A DNA stretch of 64,000 nucleotides from Candidatus Krumholzibacteriia bacterium (GCA_963825035.1 CAWGRT010000022.1:196117-260116), one strand, 5' to 3'; positions 9,389 through 18,743 are shown, counted from the stretch's first letter. Numbers and translations: made by a program. Notes: generated from the sequence alone by a model not told the origin.

Positions 9389-11884
9389 CTACTTCAGCAT
9401 GGTGACCTTCTGCACCCGCGTGCCGGTCGGCGTCGCCAGCCGTACGGCGTAGATGCCCGCCGGCATGGCGCGGCCCGCGTCGTCGCGGCCGTCCCAGACG
9501 ACCGAGCCCGGGCCCGCCGGACGCGCCTCGTCCACCAGGGTGGCGACGCGGCGGCCGGCCAGGTCGTACACCACCAGCGACACGGGTCCCGCCTGGGCCA
9601 CCGCGTAGGCGATCGTCGTCTGCGGATTGAACGGGTTGGGCGTCGCCGGAGCCAGGGTCAGCGTCGGCGCGGTCGGCGTGACGCGCACCGTCTCGTAGGC
9701 CACGGTGGTCCAGGCGCCGTCCAGCCAGAGCTGGACGGCGTAGCTCACGTCGCCGCCCGTCGTCACCCGGTCCACGGCGCGGTAGGCGCCGCCCAGGTCG
9801 TCCACCGCCACGTCCCAGGACCGGCTGCCGGCGGCGGCGACCACCCGGAAGCGCGGGGCGTCCCCGGCGCCGGGGGCCGACCAGGCCACGGTCACCTCGC
9901 CGCCGCGGTGCGTGACCGTGAAGCCGGCGATCAGGGTGGGCACGGCGGCCTCGCAGGGCGCCGCCAGCACGGACAGGCCGCGCGCGGTCGTGGCCACCAG
10001 CGCGTAGTCGCTCACGGCCATGGTCACGGCGCCGATCGCCGTATAGCCCTCGATCTCCGGCGCCGACGGCGTCGTCACGTCCACCGTCACCACCTGGCCG
10101 GCGCCCACTGCGAACAGGCGGCTGCCCCGCAGGCCGGACAGCACGGTCCGGTCCGGGACGACGACCGATCCCAGTTCGGCCGGCGCCAGGGGCTGGCTCA
10201 GGTCGAACACGGCCAGGACCGTCAGGCCGTCCTGCACGCCCACGGCGTAGCCGAATCCGTCCCGGATCACCAGGCCCTTCGGACTCCAGGGGAACGAGGC
10301 CTGGCCCAGGACGGCCGGAGCCGTGAGATCACTCACATCCACGACCGCCGCCTCCGCGGAGCCGCCGGTGCAGTACGCCAGCCCGCCGTCGAGCGCCAGG
10401 TGATCGGTCGCGGCCGGCAGCAGAACCGAACCCTTCGCATGGGGTGCCGCCGGGTCGGCGAGATCGTCGATCTGGTAGGTGTAGTCCGCGCCGGCCAGCG
10501 TCACGTGGTGGACCCGCGACCCCTCGACCGCGGCCGCCCGCGCGTGCGGCAGCTGGGCGGTCTCGGTCCCCGTGGCGCGGTCCAGGATCCGCAGGATGCC
10601 CCAGCTGTCGTCGTTCACGACCACCGAGGCGGGGGTGAAGCCGACGATCGGCGCGCCCGAGTCGGCCATTTCCGAGATCTGCCACAACTGGTTGCCCAGC
10701 ACGTCGCCTTCCACGGCCCAGGCCTGGATCTTCATGGTGCCCAAGCCCGGGTCGTCCACGTCCGGGGTGAAGGAGGACTCGACGCAGACGTCGCTGCCGA
10801 CACCGACGGACGGGTAGCTCGCCGCGCCTGACTTCGTCTGCAGGACCGCCGTCTCGAAGCCCGGAGCCGCCGTCCAGACCTCGACCGATCCGTACGCCTC
10901 CACCACCAGGACGCCGCCCCCGATGGTGGGCGCCACCCCGGTCAGGCTCCCGTGGCTCACGGCCCCGATCTCCATGGCCGTCTCCGGGTTCACCAGCACC
11001 GCCCCGTACTTGCGGCCGATGGTGGCGATGTTGCCGGCCCCGCCGGGAACGCAGGACTGGAGGGAGGTCAGCTCCTGAGGGAACGTAAAGGTGCTGACGT
11101 CGACGATCGAACCGTCCGCCGCGATGGTGCGGTAATCGACCGAGTACTGCTTCAGGGTCGTGCCGTAGCCGAGCGACATCGACCACACCCTGATCGAGGC
11201 GAACCTGTCGCCCACGGCCCGCACGTGCGGCGCGTAGGTCTCGCCCGAGCCCACGATCTCATCCACCACCACGCCCGCGCTCGGGTCGCTCATGTCCACC
11301 GACTGGATGCGGGGGATGTAGGGTTCGGTGGCGCAGAGGACGAGATATCCGTGCAGGAACGCCACCGAATCGACGGTGCCGGGCGGGGTATAGGTGCCCA
11401 GGTGCGTGATCGCCGCGGGGTCGGTCACGTCCAGCACGACGACCCCGGCGTCCCGGGCGCCCACGTAGGCCGTGGTCCCGTCGAGGGCCACGTCGGTGGC
11501 GGCGGCCGGCGTCACGAAGGAGCCGACCAGGACCGCCGGACCGTCGGCCGGGACATCGATGACCATCAGCCCGCCCGTGTCGGCCGCGACGTAGGCCCGG
11601 CTGCCCGCCACCGCGATGGCGCGCACCGAATGGCCCAGGGCGAGGGTGTCGGTGAAGGTCGGCGCAAGGGGATCCGAGAGGTCCAGCACGACGAACGATC
11701 CCGTGGACGTGCCGATCAGTTCCCGGTCGCCCATCCGCGCCGAGCAGTTGGCGTTGCTGAACGGCAGGCTGGCGGTGTGGACGACGCCGTCGCCGTAGTC
11801 GTGGCAGGGCCAGGCCGCGGCGCTGCCGGCAAGCAGGCAGGCGCAGACGGCCGCGGCGAATCCGAGGCGGAATCGTGCGGACAT
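9389..11884 (-). CDS. LVIVD-repeat beta-propeller protein with FlgD-Ig/T9SS-type C-terminal domain
   Basis: ATG at 11884 with a GGGGGA RBS and a signal peptide (LLAGSAAA). It has repeated LVIVD-like units (VVLDLSDP, LMVIDV, VVVLDVTDP, VFDLSQP). The C-terminal tail reads NPFNPQTTI...GIYAVRL. Confidence 0.85.
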   Translation of the reverse strand: MSARFRLGFAAAVCACLLAGSAAAWPCHDYGDGVVHTASLPFSNANCSARMGDRELIGTSTGSFVVLDLSDPLAPTFTDTLALGHSVRAIAVAGSRAYVAADTGGLMVIDVPADGPAVLVGSFVTPAAATDVALDGTTAYVGARDAGVVVLDVTDPAAITHLGTYTPPGTVDSVAFLHGYLVLCATEPYIPRIQSVDMSDPSAGVVVDEIVGSGETYAPHVRAVGDRFASIRVWSMSLGYGTTLKQYSVDYRTIAADGSIVDVSTFTFPQELTSLQSCVPGGAGNIATIGRKYGAVLVNPETAMEIGAVSHGSLTGVAPTIGGGVLVVEAYGSVEVWTAAPGFETAVLQTKSGAASYPSVGVGSDVCVESSFTPDVDDPGLGTMKIQAWAVEGDVLGNQLWQISEMADSGAPIVGFTPASVVVNDDSWGILRILDRATGTETAQLPHARAAAVEGSRVHHVTLAGADYTYQIDDLADPAAPHAKGSVLLPAATDHLALDGGLAYCTGGSAEAAVVDVSDLTAPAVLGQASFPWSPKGLVIRDGFGYAVGVQDGLTVLAVFDLSQPLAPAELGSVVVPDRTVLSGLRGSRLFAVGAGQVVTVDVTTPSAPEIEGYTAIGAVTMAVSDYALVATTARGLSVLAAPCEAAVPTLIAGFTVTHRGGEVTVAWSAPGAGDAPRFRVVAAAGSRSWDVAVDDLGGAYRAVDRVTTGGDVSYAVQLWLDGAWTTVAYETVRVTPTAPTLTLAPATPNPFNPQTTIAYAVAQAGPVSLVVYDLAGRRVATLVDEARPAGPGSVVWDGRDDAGRAMPAGIYAVRLATPTGTRVQKVTMLK

Positions 11885-11977
11885 GGTATCCCCCAAAAAG
11901 CTGGAGCCCCGTTGTGATACCGGCACCGCAAGTGTCTGCACGCGGGTTTGCGACGAGGTGTCGATGTGCGTCGGTGG

Positions 11978-12007
11978 ATCATATCACAAGAGATTGCCGA
12001 AGATCAA
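11978..12007 (-). promoter_or_regulatory. Candidate sigma-70-type promoter (TTGATC -N18- TGATATGAT) for the LVIVD gene
   Basis: The minus strand reads TTGATC...TTGTGATATGAT. The 12-mer ATCATATCACAA (plus strand) recurs exactly at 18596-18607 upstream of another secreted-protein gene. Confidence 0.35.
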
Positions 12008-12029
12008 GATGGCCGGCCGGCGACGCGGC

Positions 12030-12915
12030 TCAGCGCAGCACCCAGTGCCTCGCTCCCTGCTCGTCCAGGAACGCCTCGGCCCCTGCGCCCTGCAGCATGG
12101 CCAGGGTAGCCAGCAGGCCCGCCTCCAGGCAGGTGTCGCCCAGCACCGTCACCGAGCGCGGCGCCTGGCGGGCGGGCCAGCCGGTGCGCGGGTCGAGGAT
12201 GTGGCCGTAGCGCACGCCGTCGCGCTGGACGAAGCGCCGCGCGTCGCCGCTGGTGGCCAGGGCGCCCTGCTCCAGGCGCACCGTCAGCGCCGCCTCGTCC
12301 TCCGCGCCGGGCCGTTCGACGCCCACCTCCCAGCCGCCCCCCCCGCGCCGGGCCCCGGCCGCCCGCAGGTCGCCGCCGAAGTTCACCAGCACCGCGGCGC
12401 CGGTCCGCTCCCGCAGCAGGGCCGCGGCCCGGTCCACGGCGTACTCCTTGCCCAGGCCGCCCAGGTCGATCTCCATGCCCGCGGGCAGCGTCAGCTCGGG
12501 CCGGCGCCACGCCGCCTTGTCCCAGCCCACCAGGGGCAGCAGCGCCCGCACCGCGCCCACGGGCGGCACCGCGTCGCCGCCGTCGAAGCGCCAGGCCCGG
12601 CGCAGCACGCCCGAGGTGACGTCGAAGAGCCCGCCGCTGAGGCGCCAGCAGCGGTCGGCGAAGTCCAGCAGGTCGGCGGTCTCGTCGTCCACGACCACGG
12701 GGCGGCCGCCGGCGGCGTTGACCGCGGCGACCGCCCCGTCGTCGCGGTAGCGGCTGAACTTGTGCTCGATGCGACGGGCCTCGGCGGCCGGCGGCCTCGC
12801 CCAGCAGCCGCGCCTCCAGGGGGTCGGTCGTGTCCAGCAACACCGTGCAGGGCGAGGCCATGGCCGCGAACGAGGCCCGGTGGTGGTCGCCGGCACGCTC
12901 GACCCGGACCTCCAC
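12030..12915 (-). pseudogene. apbE: FAD:protein FMN transferase ApbE, one frame break near 12785-12800 as sequenced
   Basis: The N-terminus (VEVRVERAGDHHRASFAAMASPCTVLLD) is in one frame. The rest (EARRIEHKFSRY...GGLGKEYAVD...YGHILDPRTG) is in another. Confidence 0.8.
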
Positions 12916-12917
12916 CG

Positions 12918-14192
12918 CTACAGGTGGAAGTTGAAGCCCACCTGGACGATGTAGGCGTCCACGGCGGGGAACAGGTCGAAGTTGCGCAGGGCGCCGAACG
13001 CCTCGGCCGGATGGCCGTCGCCCGTCTGCCGGTAGTACTCGGCGCGCAGGGTCAGCTCACGGCCGTCGCTCAGGGGCGTGCCGTACATCAGGCCGAAGGT
13101 CCAGGTGGTCATGTCCCCCAGACGATAGTCGGCCGAGGCGTGGGCCGGCGCCGCCGCCCCGTCCACCAGCCAGCGGTGGTAGAAGTCGGCGGCGGTCTGG
13201 TGGTACCAGCGCACGTGGGGCTGCAGGTACTTGCCGTTCCCGAAGTTCCAGCGCAGCCGGCCTTCCACCGCGTCGGACGCGATGCTCCAGTCGTCGGTCA
13301 TGCAGCCGGTACGAGAGCTGCAGGTCGTTGCCGGCGATGTCCCGCACCAGCCGCGTGTAGAAGATGTGCTTGGTGCGCGCGTCGGGCCGGCTCTCGTACA
13401 GGTACTGCAGCGGATCGCCGGTCGTGCCGTCGACCACGCTCAGCAGCTTGTAGGGATCGGTCTGGTAGCCGCTGACGTGGCTCCAGGGTGTAGCCCGCGT
13501 AGAACACCGTCTTCTTGTCCAGCACCTGGGTCAGGCCCAGGCCCGCTTCGGCGGTGTTCTTGGTGTCGGTGGAGCCGCCGCCCTCGTCCTCGCCGCCGGC
13601 GAAGGGGTCGGCGCCACCATGGGGGTCAGCGGGTCGGGCACGCCGCCCTCGGGGCCGCACCGATGTCGTGGAAGACGGCCGTGTGCAGGTCCAGGGTGGT
13701 GTTGCGCTTGTTGAAGTCGCGGGTGAGCGAGGCGTTGGCCCCGAGCGACGTGTAGTCGTGCTCGGTGGAGACGTACAGCCCGCCGGTGGCCGTGGAGAGC
13801 CGTCCCAGGTTGACGGTGCCGCTGCCGCTGAGCGCGATCCGCGTGTCCTTGAAGGTGTCGTCCAGGGGCGTGTCGCCGGCGGGCGCCGTGTAGGTGCCCT
13901 GGCCCGACGGCCGCGTGAAGGACTGCACGTGCGCGGACGGCGTGGCGCCGTTGGCCGAGGCGCCGGTCAGCGCGTCGTAGACCAGGCGGAAGTGGACCGA
14001 GCGCCCCTGATCGTCCTGGTGGGTCAGGTCGCCGATGGCCTCGAAGGCCGACACCCGGCCGGGCTCGGTGTAGCCCATGGCCGCGGTGCGCAGCTCCGTG
14101 GCCCGGGCGGTGCCGCCGCTGACGCCCAGCAGGCCGCAGGCGGAGACCAGGGCCGTGCGCAGGACGCCCTTCCCGCCGTCAGTTGCAGCCAC
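12918..14192 (-). pseudogene. DUF3570-family outer-membrane barrel protein, at least 4 frame breaks as sequenced
   Basis: Four collinear fragments in different frames rebuild one protein, ending in an aromatic-rich C-terminus (VQVGFNFHL). Breaks are near 13655, 13620, 13483 and 13302. It contains DALTGAS at 13956-13976. Confidence 0.7.
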
Positions 14193-14431
14193 AGCCGCCT
14201 CCCGCCGCGCCGAGGCCGCCGGTGGAGGCCTCCTTGCTGAAGTAGATGTGCTCGTCCAGGGCGGTCACCAGGACGTCGGGATCGATCTGCATGCCGGGCT
14301 CGGCCAGGGTCGGCGCGCTCCCAGGGCTTGACCCCGATCGAGGAGCAGCCCCCCAGGGCCAGGGGCGCGGCCAGGGCCAGCAGCAAGGGCAGCAGCGCCA
14401 GGGCGGTGCGGAGATTACGGCGCATGGTCAC
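14179..14431 (-). pseudogene. DUF4266 lipoprotein, one frame break near 14307-14309
   Basis: Lipobox LALGGC is followed by VKPWERA. After a 1-nt shift the frame reads LAEPGMQIDPDVLVTALDEHIYFSKEASTGG...GGGCGCN to the stop. This matches the family's C-terminal CGCN signature as I remember it. Confidence 0.65.
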
Positions 14432-14928
14432 CCTCCTTGTCCTTCAGCAGCAGCGCGATCTCGCCTTCCCGGTCGCCGGACTCGGCGGGCACGTACCCCA
14501 CGTGGTCGAAGCGCAGCTTGCCGGTCCGGTCGTAGACGTAGGTGCTGGGCATGCCCTGCAGGTCGTACTTGCCGGCCAGCTCGCCCTCGGGGTCGTGGAC
14601 CACCACCACCGCCGTGGACAGCCCGGCCAGCATGGTCTGCGCCGAGTCCAGGTCCTCGTCCAGGTTCACCGCCACCACCACCAGGCCGTCGTCCCTGTGG
14701 GCCGCCGCCAGCTGCGACAGCCAGGGCAGCGCCTTGCCGCAGGGCTTGCACCAGGAGGCCCAGAAGTCCACCACCAGCACCTTGCCGGCATAGTCGGCCA
14801 GGGCGAAGTCGGCGGGCGCGAGGACGGGGTGGCGGATCGGGTGCGGCGGCGGTCGCCGCGGCGGCGGCGCCGAGCGCCAGGAACACCGCGGCCAGGGCGG
14901 CCGTCCGAAGCGGTCCGTTGCGCAGCAT
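14415..14928 (-). pseudogene. TlpA-like thiol:disulfide oxidoreductase (thioredoxin fold), one frame break near 14840
   Basis: The signal peptide is in one frame. The thioredoxin core, with WASWCKPC and GMPSTYVYD, is in another frame. Confidence 0.75.
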
Positions 14929-15039
14929 GATGGCCTTTCCGCGTGGGGTGTCGAAGATGTGCCCGGGTGAATATCCGACGATTCTAGTCCGCCACTCGTC
15001 GAAAATGTTCCCACGTTTTCAGGCCGCGGTCGAGACAAA

Positions 15040-15069
15040 CGAGCCCGCCCGGCGGAGCAGGCGGGCTCG
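15040..15069 (-). terminator. Intrinsic terminator-like hairpin downstream of ilvE
   Basis: A 10-bp GC stem (CGAGCCCGCC / GGCGGGCTCG) is followed on the minus strand by TTTGTCTCG. It lies 26 nt after the ilvE stop. Confidence 0.55.
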
Positions 15070-15094
15070 CTGGCGGAGGGGACCGCCGGGCACG

Positions 15095-16159
15095 TCAAGC
15101 GCGCGGCACCACGTGGGTCCACTCGGGGTGGGCGCCGCCGCCCCGGGCGTGGATGCCGGTCAGGGTCCCGCGCAGCTTCAGGGTCAGCGGACCCTCCTTG
15201 CCGTCGCCGATGGTGTGGTCCTCGCCCTTGAAGTGGATGACGCCCACGGGGGTGACCACCGCGGCGGTGCCGCAGGCGAACACCTCCTTCAGCTTGCCGC
15301 TGTGGGCGTCGGCGACGACCTCGGCGATGGCCGGATGCTCCTCGATCCAGCGCACGTCCATGTCCTGCAGCAGGGCGCCCACCGACTCGCGGGTGACGCC
15401 GTGCAGGATGGTGTCGCCGGCCGGCGCCGTGACCACCTTGTCGTCGTAGACGAACATGATGTTCATGGCGCCCATCTCCTCGACGTACTTCTTCTCCCGC
15501 GCGTCGAGCCAGATGATGTTGTCGTAGCCGGCCTTCTGGGCCCGGGCGATGGGCAGCAGCGAGGCCGAGTAGTTGCCGCCGGTCTTGGCGTAGCCGGTGC
15601 CGCCGGGCGCCGAGCGCACGAACTCCTCCTCCACCCGCAGGCGCAGGGGATTCACGCCGCCGGCGAAGTAGCTGCCCACCGGCCCGATGATGATGAAGAA
15701 CACGTACTCGGTGCTGGCCTTGACGCCCAGCCCGCGCTGCGTCGCGATCATCGTCGGCCGGATGTACAGGGCGTTGGGGCTCTCGGGCACCCAGTCCCGG
15801 TCCAGGTCGATCAGCTTCTCCAGCGCGAGCATGAACAGCTCGGGATCGACCTCGGGCATGCACATGCGCTCGCAGCTGATGTTGAAGCGGCGGATGTTGC
15901 GGTCGGGGCGGAACATGTGGACGGTGCCGTCGTCGCTGTTGCGGTAGGCCTTCATGCCCTCGAAGATCTCCTGCCCGTAGTGCAGCACCTTGGCCGCCGG
16001 GTCGAGGGTGAACGGCCCGTAGGGCACGATGCGCGGGTCGTGCCACAGGCCGTCCTTCCAGTCCATCAGGAACATGTGCGGGGTGAACTTCTGGCCGAAG
16101 CCGTAGTCGCCGTCCGGCTTGGCGGGGGGATTGGGGTTCCTGGTGACCGTGATGCTCAT
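15095..16159 (-). CDS. ilvE: Branched-chain amino acid aminotransferase
   Basis: Intact 354 aa ORF with class IV aminotransferase motifs (YGQEIFEGMKAY, the conserved PLP-lysine motif). GAGGAGGA lies upstream of the ATG. Confidence 0.95.
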   Translation of the reverse strand: MSITVTRNPNPPAKPDGDYGFGQKFTPHMFLMDWKDGLWHDPRIVPYGPFTLDPAAKVLHYGQEIFEGMKAYRNSDDGTVHMFRPDRNIRRFNISCERMCMPEVDPELFMLALEKLIDLDRDWVPESPNALYIRPTMIATQRGLGVKASTEYVFFIIIGPVGSYFAGGVNPLRLRVEEEFVRSAPGGTGYAKTGGNYSASLLPIARAQKAGYDNIIWLDAREKKYVEEMGAMNIMFVYDDKVVTAPAGDTILHGVTRESVGALLQDMDVRWIEEHPAIAEVVADAHSGKLKEVFACGTAAVVTPVGVIHFKGEDHTIGDGKEGPLTLKLRGTLTGIHARGGGAHPEWTHVVPRA

Positions 16160-16332
16160 CCCGTCCTCCTCGTCTTGCGGAGCGCGCGGGGCGAGGGGCG
16201 CTCCGGCCCTAAAATAGGGTGGTCAGGCCCGGTATCGGGGGTGGGACCTTGGGTCCAATGTGGCGGTTGGGGGAGGGGAAATCAAGCCTTGCCGGGCGAC
16301 CCGCGCCCGGGGTCGCCGCCGGCGGTTCCGGA

Positions 16333-16515
16333 CAAAAAAGAACCCGGGTGAACCCTTCGCCCAAAGGTCCACCCGGGAGGGGGGCAGCGGGACCGGGTTC
16401 GCCCGGCCGGCCCCGCTGCATGTGACCCGGTCCCTCGCTCATCGACCGGGTTCAGGAGGCGTCACGCTCCGGATTATTGCAACGAATATGCCTCCGAGCG
16501 CCAGGATATTGTCAA
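16333..16515 (-). promoter_or_regulatory. Structured leader/attenuator candidate upstream of ilvE: TTGACA box, alternative helices, intrinsic terminator
   Basis: On the minus strand, TTGACA is at 16510-16515. ACCCGGTC (16444-16451), GACCGGGT (16425-16432) and ACCCGGTC (16391-16398) can pair alternately. The terminator stem CCCGGGTG/CACCCGGG (16343-16377) is followed by TTCTTTTTTG (A6 on the plus strand at 16334-16339). Confidence 0.5.
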
Positions 16516-16590
16516 GAGATTGTTATAAAAAGACTTATGGCATATTGTGAGATATTTGACATACCAAACGTTACATGAAAATCGCCGATT

Positions 16591-16642
16591 GTGTCCCGGA
16601 AAAGTGTCCCGCACGCCGCCCGGCGTGGGACACCCCGGACAC
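16591..16642. other. Composite imperfect hairpin built from GTGTCCC / GGGACAC units
   Basis: The sequence is GTGTCCCGG-aaaa-GTGTCCCGCACGCCG-ccc-GGCGTGGGACAC-cc-CCGGACAC. A related palindrome lies at 58038-58063. Confidence 0.5.
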
Positions 16643-16673
16643 CCCGGTTCCGCCTCGCGACCGCTAAACGACA

Positions 16674-16708
16674 GGGGCCGAAGGACGTTACCCGAGTCCT
16701 TCGGCCCC
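16674..16708 (-). terminator. Terminator hairpin after the EEP-family gene
   Basis: Perfect 13-bp stem GGGGCCGAAGGAC / GTCCTTCGGCCCC with a 9-nt loop, 31 nt downstream of the stop at 16739. Confidence 0.6.
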
Positions 16709-16738
16709 GTTTCGGCGGCCGGTGCGGGACTCGGCCCC

Positions 16739-18540
16739 CTACTCGAGCAGGGTCACCGCCCGGGTGGCCAGGATCCGGCCGGTCCCCGCGCCGCCGGTCA
16801 GCCGCACGTAGTAGACGCCCGAGGCGGCCGCGCGGCCGGCGTCGTCCCGGCCGTCCCAGGTGACGGCGTGCTCGCCGGCGGCGTAGGCCCGGCGCCCGAA
16901 GTCGCGCACCAGGCGCCCGCGGGCGTCGTACACGGCCAGGCGTCACGTCGCCTTCGCGGTCCAGGGCGAAGCGCAGCTGCGTCGCCGGGTTGAACGGGTT
17001 CGGCGCGTTGGGCAGCAGCCGCGCCCGGCCCCCCGTCGGCCGGGGCCGGCAACGGCACCGCCGACGACCGCCGAGCCCAGGCGAGAAGTCGGCGAAGCGG
17101 GCGGCGTGGTCGCTGGCGTCGGTGGTGTCGTACTGCTGCAGCCCGTAGGTGGCCAGGGTCGCGGCGGTCATCGTCCGCGTCTCCATGACCGCGTGGTGCT
17201 GCAGGGTCAGGTCGCTGTCGGTGTAGAAGATCCAGTCCAGCATGCCCGGGTAGTAGCTGCTGTAGTCGGCGAACCAGGTGTAGGCCGAGCGCTGGTCCGC
17301 GTGGCGGGAATGGGGCGTGGCGAAGTCGCCGCCGTCCCAGTCCGGCGCGGCGTCCGGGCCGTAGGTGCCCTCGTCCTGGATGTCGCCCGTCGTGATGGTG
17401 TCCAGCTGCTGCCGCCAGCCCACCAGGTTCAGGTCGCCCGACATGAGGATGGGCGTGTCCGCGGGCAGGGTGATGACGCCGCCGGGGCGTCTTGGCGTCG
17501 CGCAGGAAGGCGACGACGGCGTCGGCCTCCTCCTGGCGGTTGGCGTCGGCGGTGCAGCAGCGCCAGTGGCTGAAGACCATCAGCAGATCGGTGGACGCCG
17601 CCGGGCCCAGGTCCAGCAGCGCGGCGGAGTTGCGGAAGCTGGGCGTGATGCGCCAGCTCTGCAGGATGGGGAAGCGGGTGCACAGGACGTTGCCGTCGTC
17701 CTCCTTGACCGCGTACCACTGCTCGCCCGGGCCGCTGGGCAGGGCCTGCTCGATGCGGGCGGCCACCTGGGCGGCCGAGTGGTTCCAGACCTCGCAGCAC
17801 ACCAGGATGTCCGGGTCCATGACGGCCAGCAGGCGGTCCTGGGCGGCCGCGGCCGAGCCGCCGTCGAAGAGGCGGTCGCTCTGCACGTTCCAGGTGGCCA
17901 GGCGGATGTTGGACGGGTCGGCGCGGCCCAGGTCCAGGCTGGGCACGGGGATGCCGCCGGCGGCGAAGGTGTAGGTGACCGGGTCGGTGACGTCGCCGCC
18001 CGAGGCGCCGTCCCGCAGGACGAAGCGCACCGTGTTCCCCGGGAACAGGGGCGTGCTGCCCACGGGCACGGCGTCGCGGCGCAGGGCCAGCTCGAACTGG
18101 GTGCTGCTGACCGTCGGGCCCACCTGCAGGCCGATGTCCGGGTGGCCGATGTTCGTACCCCGGAAGGTCGCCGTTGCGCTGGCCCAGGTTCCAGACCAGG
18201 TCGGCGCCGATGCCGCCGTAGGCCGTGCCCGTGGACGGCGTTCATGTCCGTGTCCAGGTACAGGCGGATGTCCTGCTGCTCGTCGGGCTGGACGTCGACG
18301 CCGGTGGTGAAGCGGATGAAGAACCAGTCCTGGTCGTTGGCGGCGGCGATGTCGCCGAAATCGATGCCGCTGGTGCCGCCGTCGCCGGCCGGGTCGGTGG
18401 CCAGGGGCGCCACGGCGGCTCCAGTCGTCGAACCAGCCGTCCAGGACGATGGGCTCCAGGTCGGCCCGGGCGGGCCCGGCGGACAGCCCGACGGCGGCGG
18501 CGACCGCCGCGAGCAAAGAGGCGAGGACAATGCGGCGCAT
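16739..18540 (-). pseudogene. Secreted endonuclease/exonuclease/phosphatase (EEP)-family protein with FlgD-Ig/T9SS-type C-terminal domain, at least 5 frame breaks
   Basis: ATG at 18540 with a signal peptide (LLAAVAAAVGLSAGPARA). Collinear fragments in three frames include the EEP core (IRLATWNVQ...ILVCCEVW...LMSGDLN...SDHAA). The tail reads NPFNPATQLRF...GVYYVRL...VTLLE. Confidence 0.75.
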
Positions 18541-18595
18541 GGTGTTGTGCTTTCCTTGGGTTCGCTGGTGACCGGTTGCGCAGGCGGACGGACAA

Positions 18596-18625
18596 ATCAT
18601 ATCACAAAAACGGTGGTTTTGCCAA
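18596..18625 (-). promoter_or_regulatory. Candidate sigma-70-type promoter (TTGGCA -N18- TGATATGAT) for the EEP gene
   Basis: It has the same 12-mer and the same 18-nt spacer as at 11978-12007. The -10 lies 56 nt upstream of the ATG at 18540. Confidence 0.35.
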
Positions 18626-18661
18626 AAATTTCGTGCAGACCAAAATAGTCTGTCTTTTATT

Positions 18662-18690
18662 CTTGACTGATTCCGTCAAGATATTATCCT
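18662..18690 (+). promoter_or_regulatory. suf promoter region: TTGACT box embedded in the palindrome CTTGAC-N7-GTCAAG, followed by TATCCT
   Basis: TTGACT is at 18663-18668 and TATCCT at 18685-18690 (16-nt spacer). The inverted repeat at 18662-18680 overlaps the -35 and looks operator-like. Confidence 0.4.
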
Positions 18691-18743
18691 GTGCCTGACG
18701 GCAGGTGTGTGGCAGCCCTGCCGGATCCCAAGTGGTGAGAGGG

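Noticed and set aside
16209-16442. 77 aa minus-strand ORF in the ilvE upstream region
   Set aside because: The product is Pro/Gly-rich and low-complexity, there is no RBS, and it spans the intrinsic terminator hairpin. I interpret the region as non-coding leader RNA.
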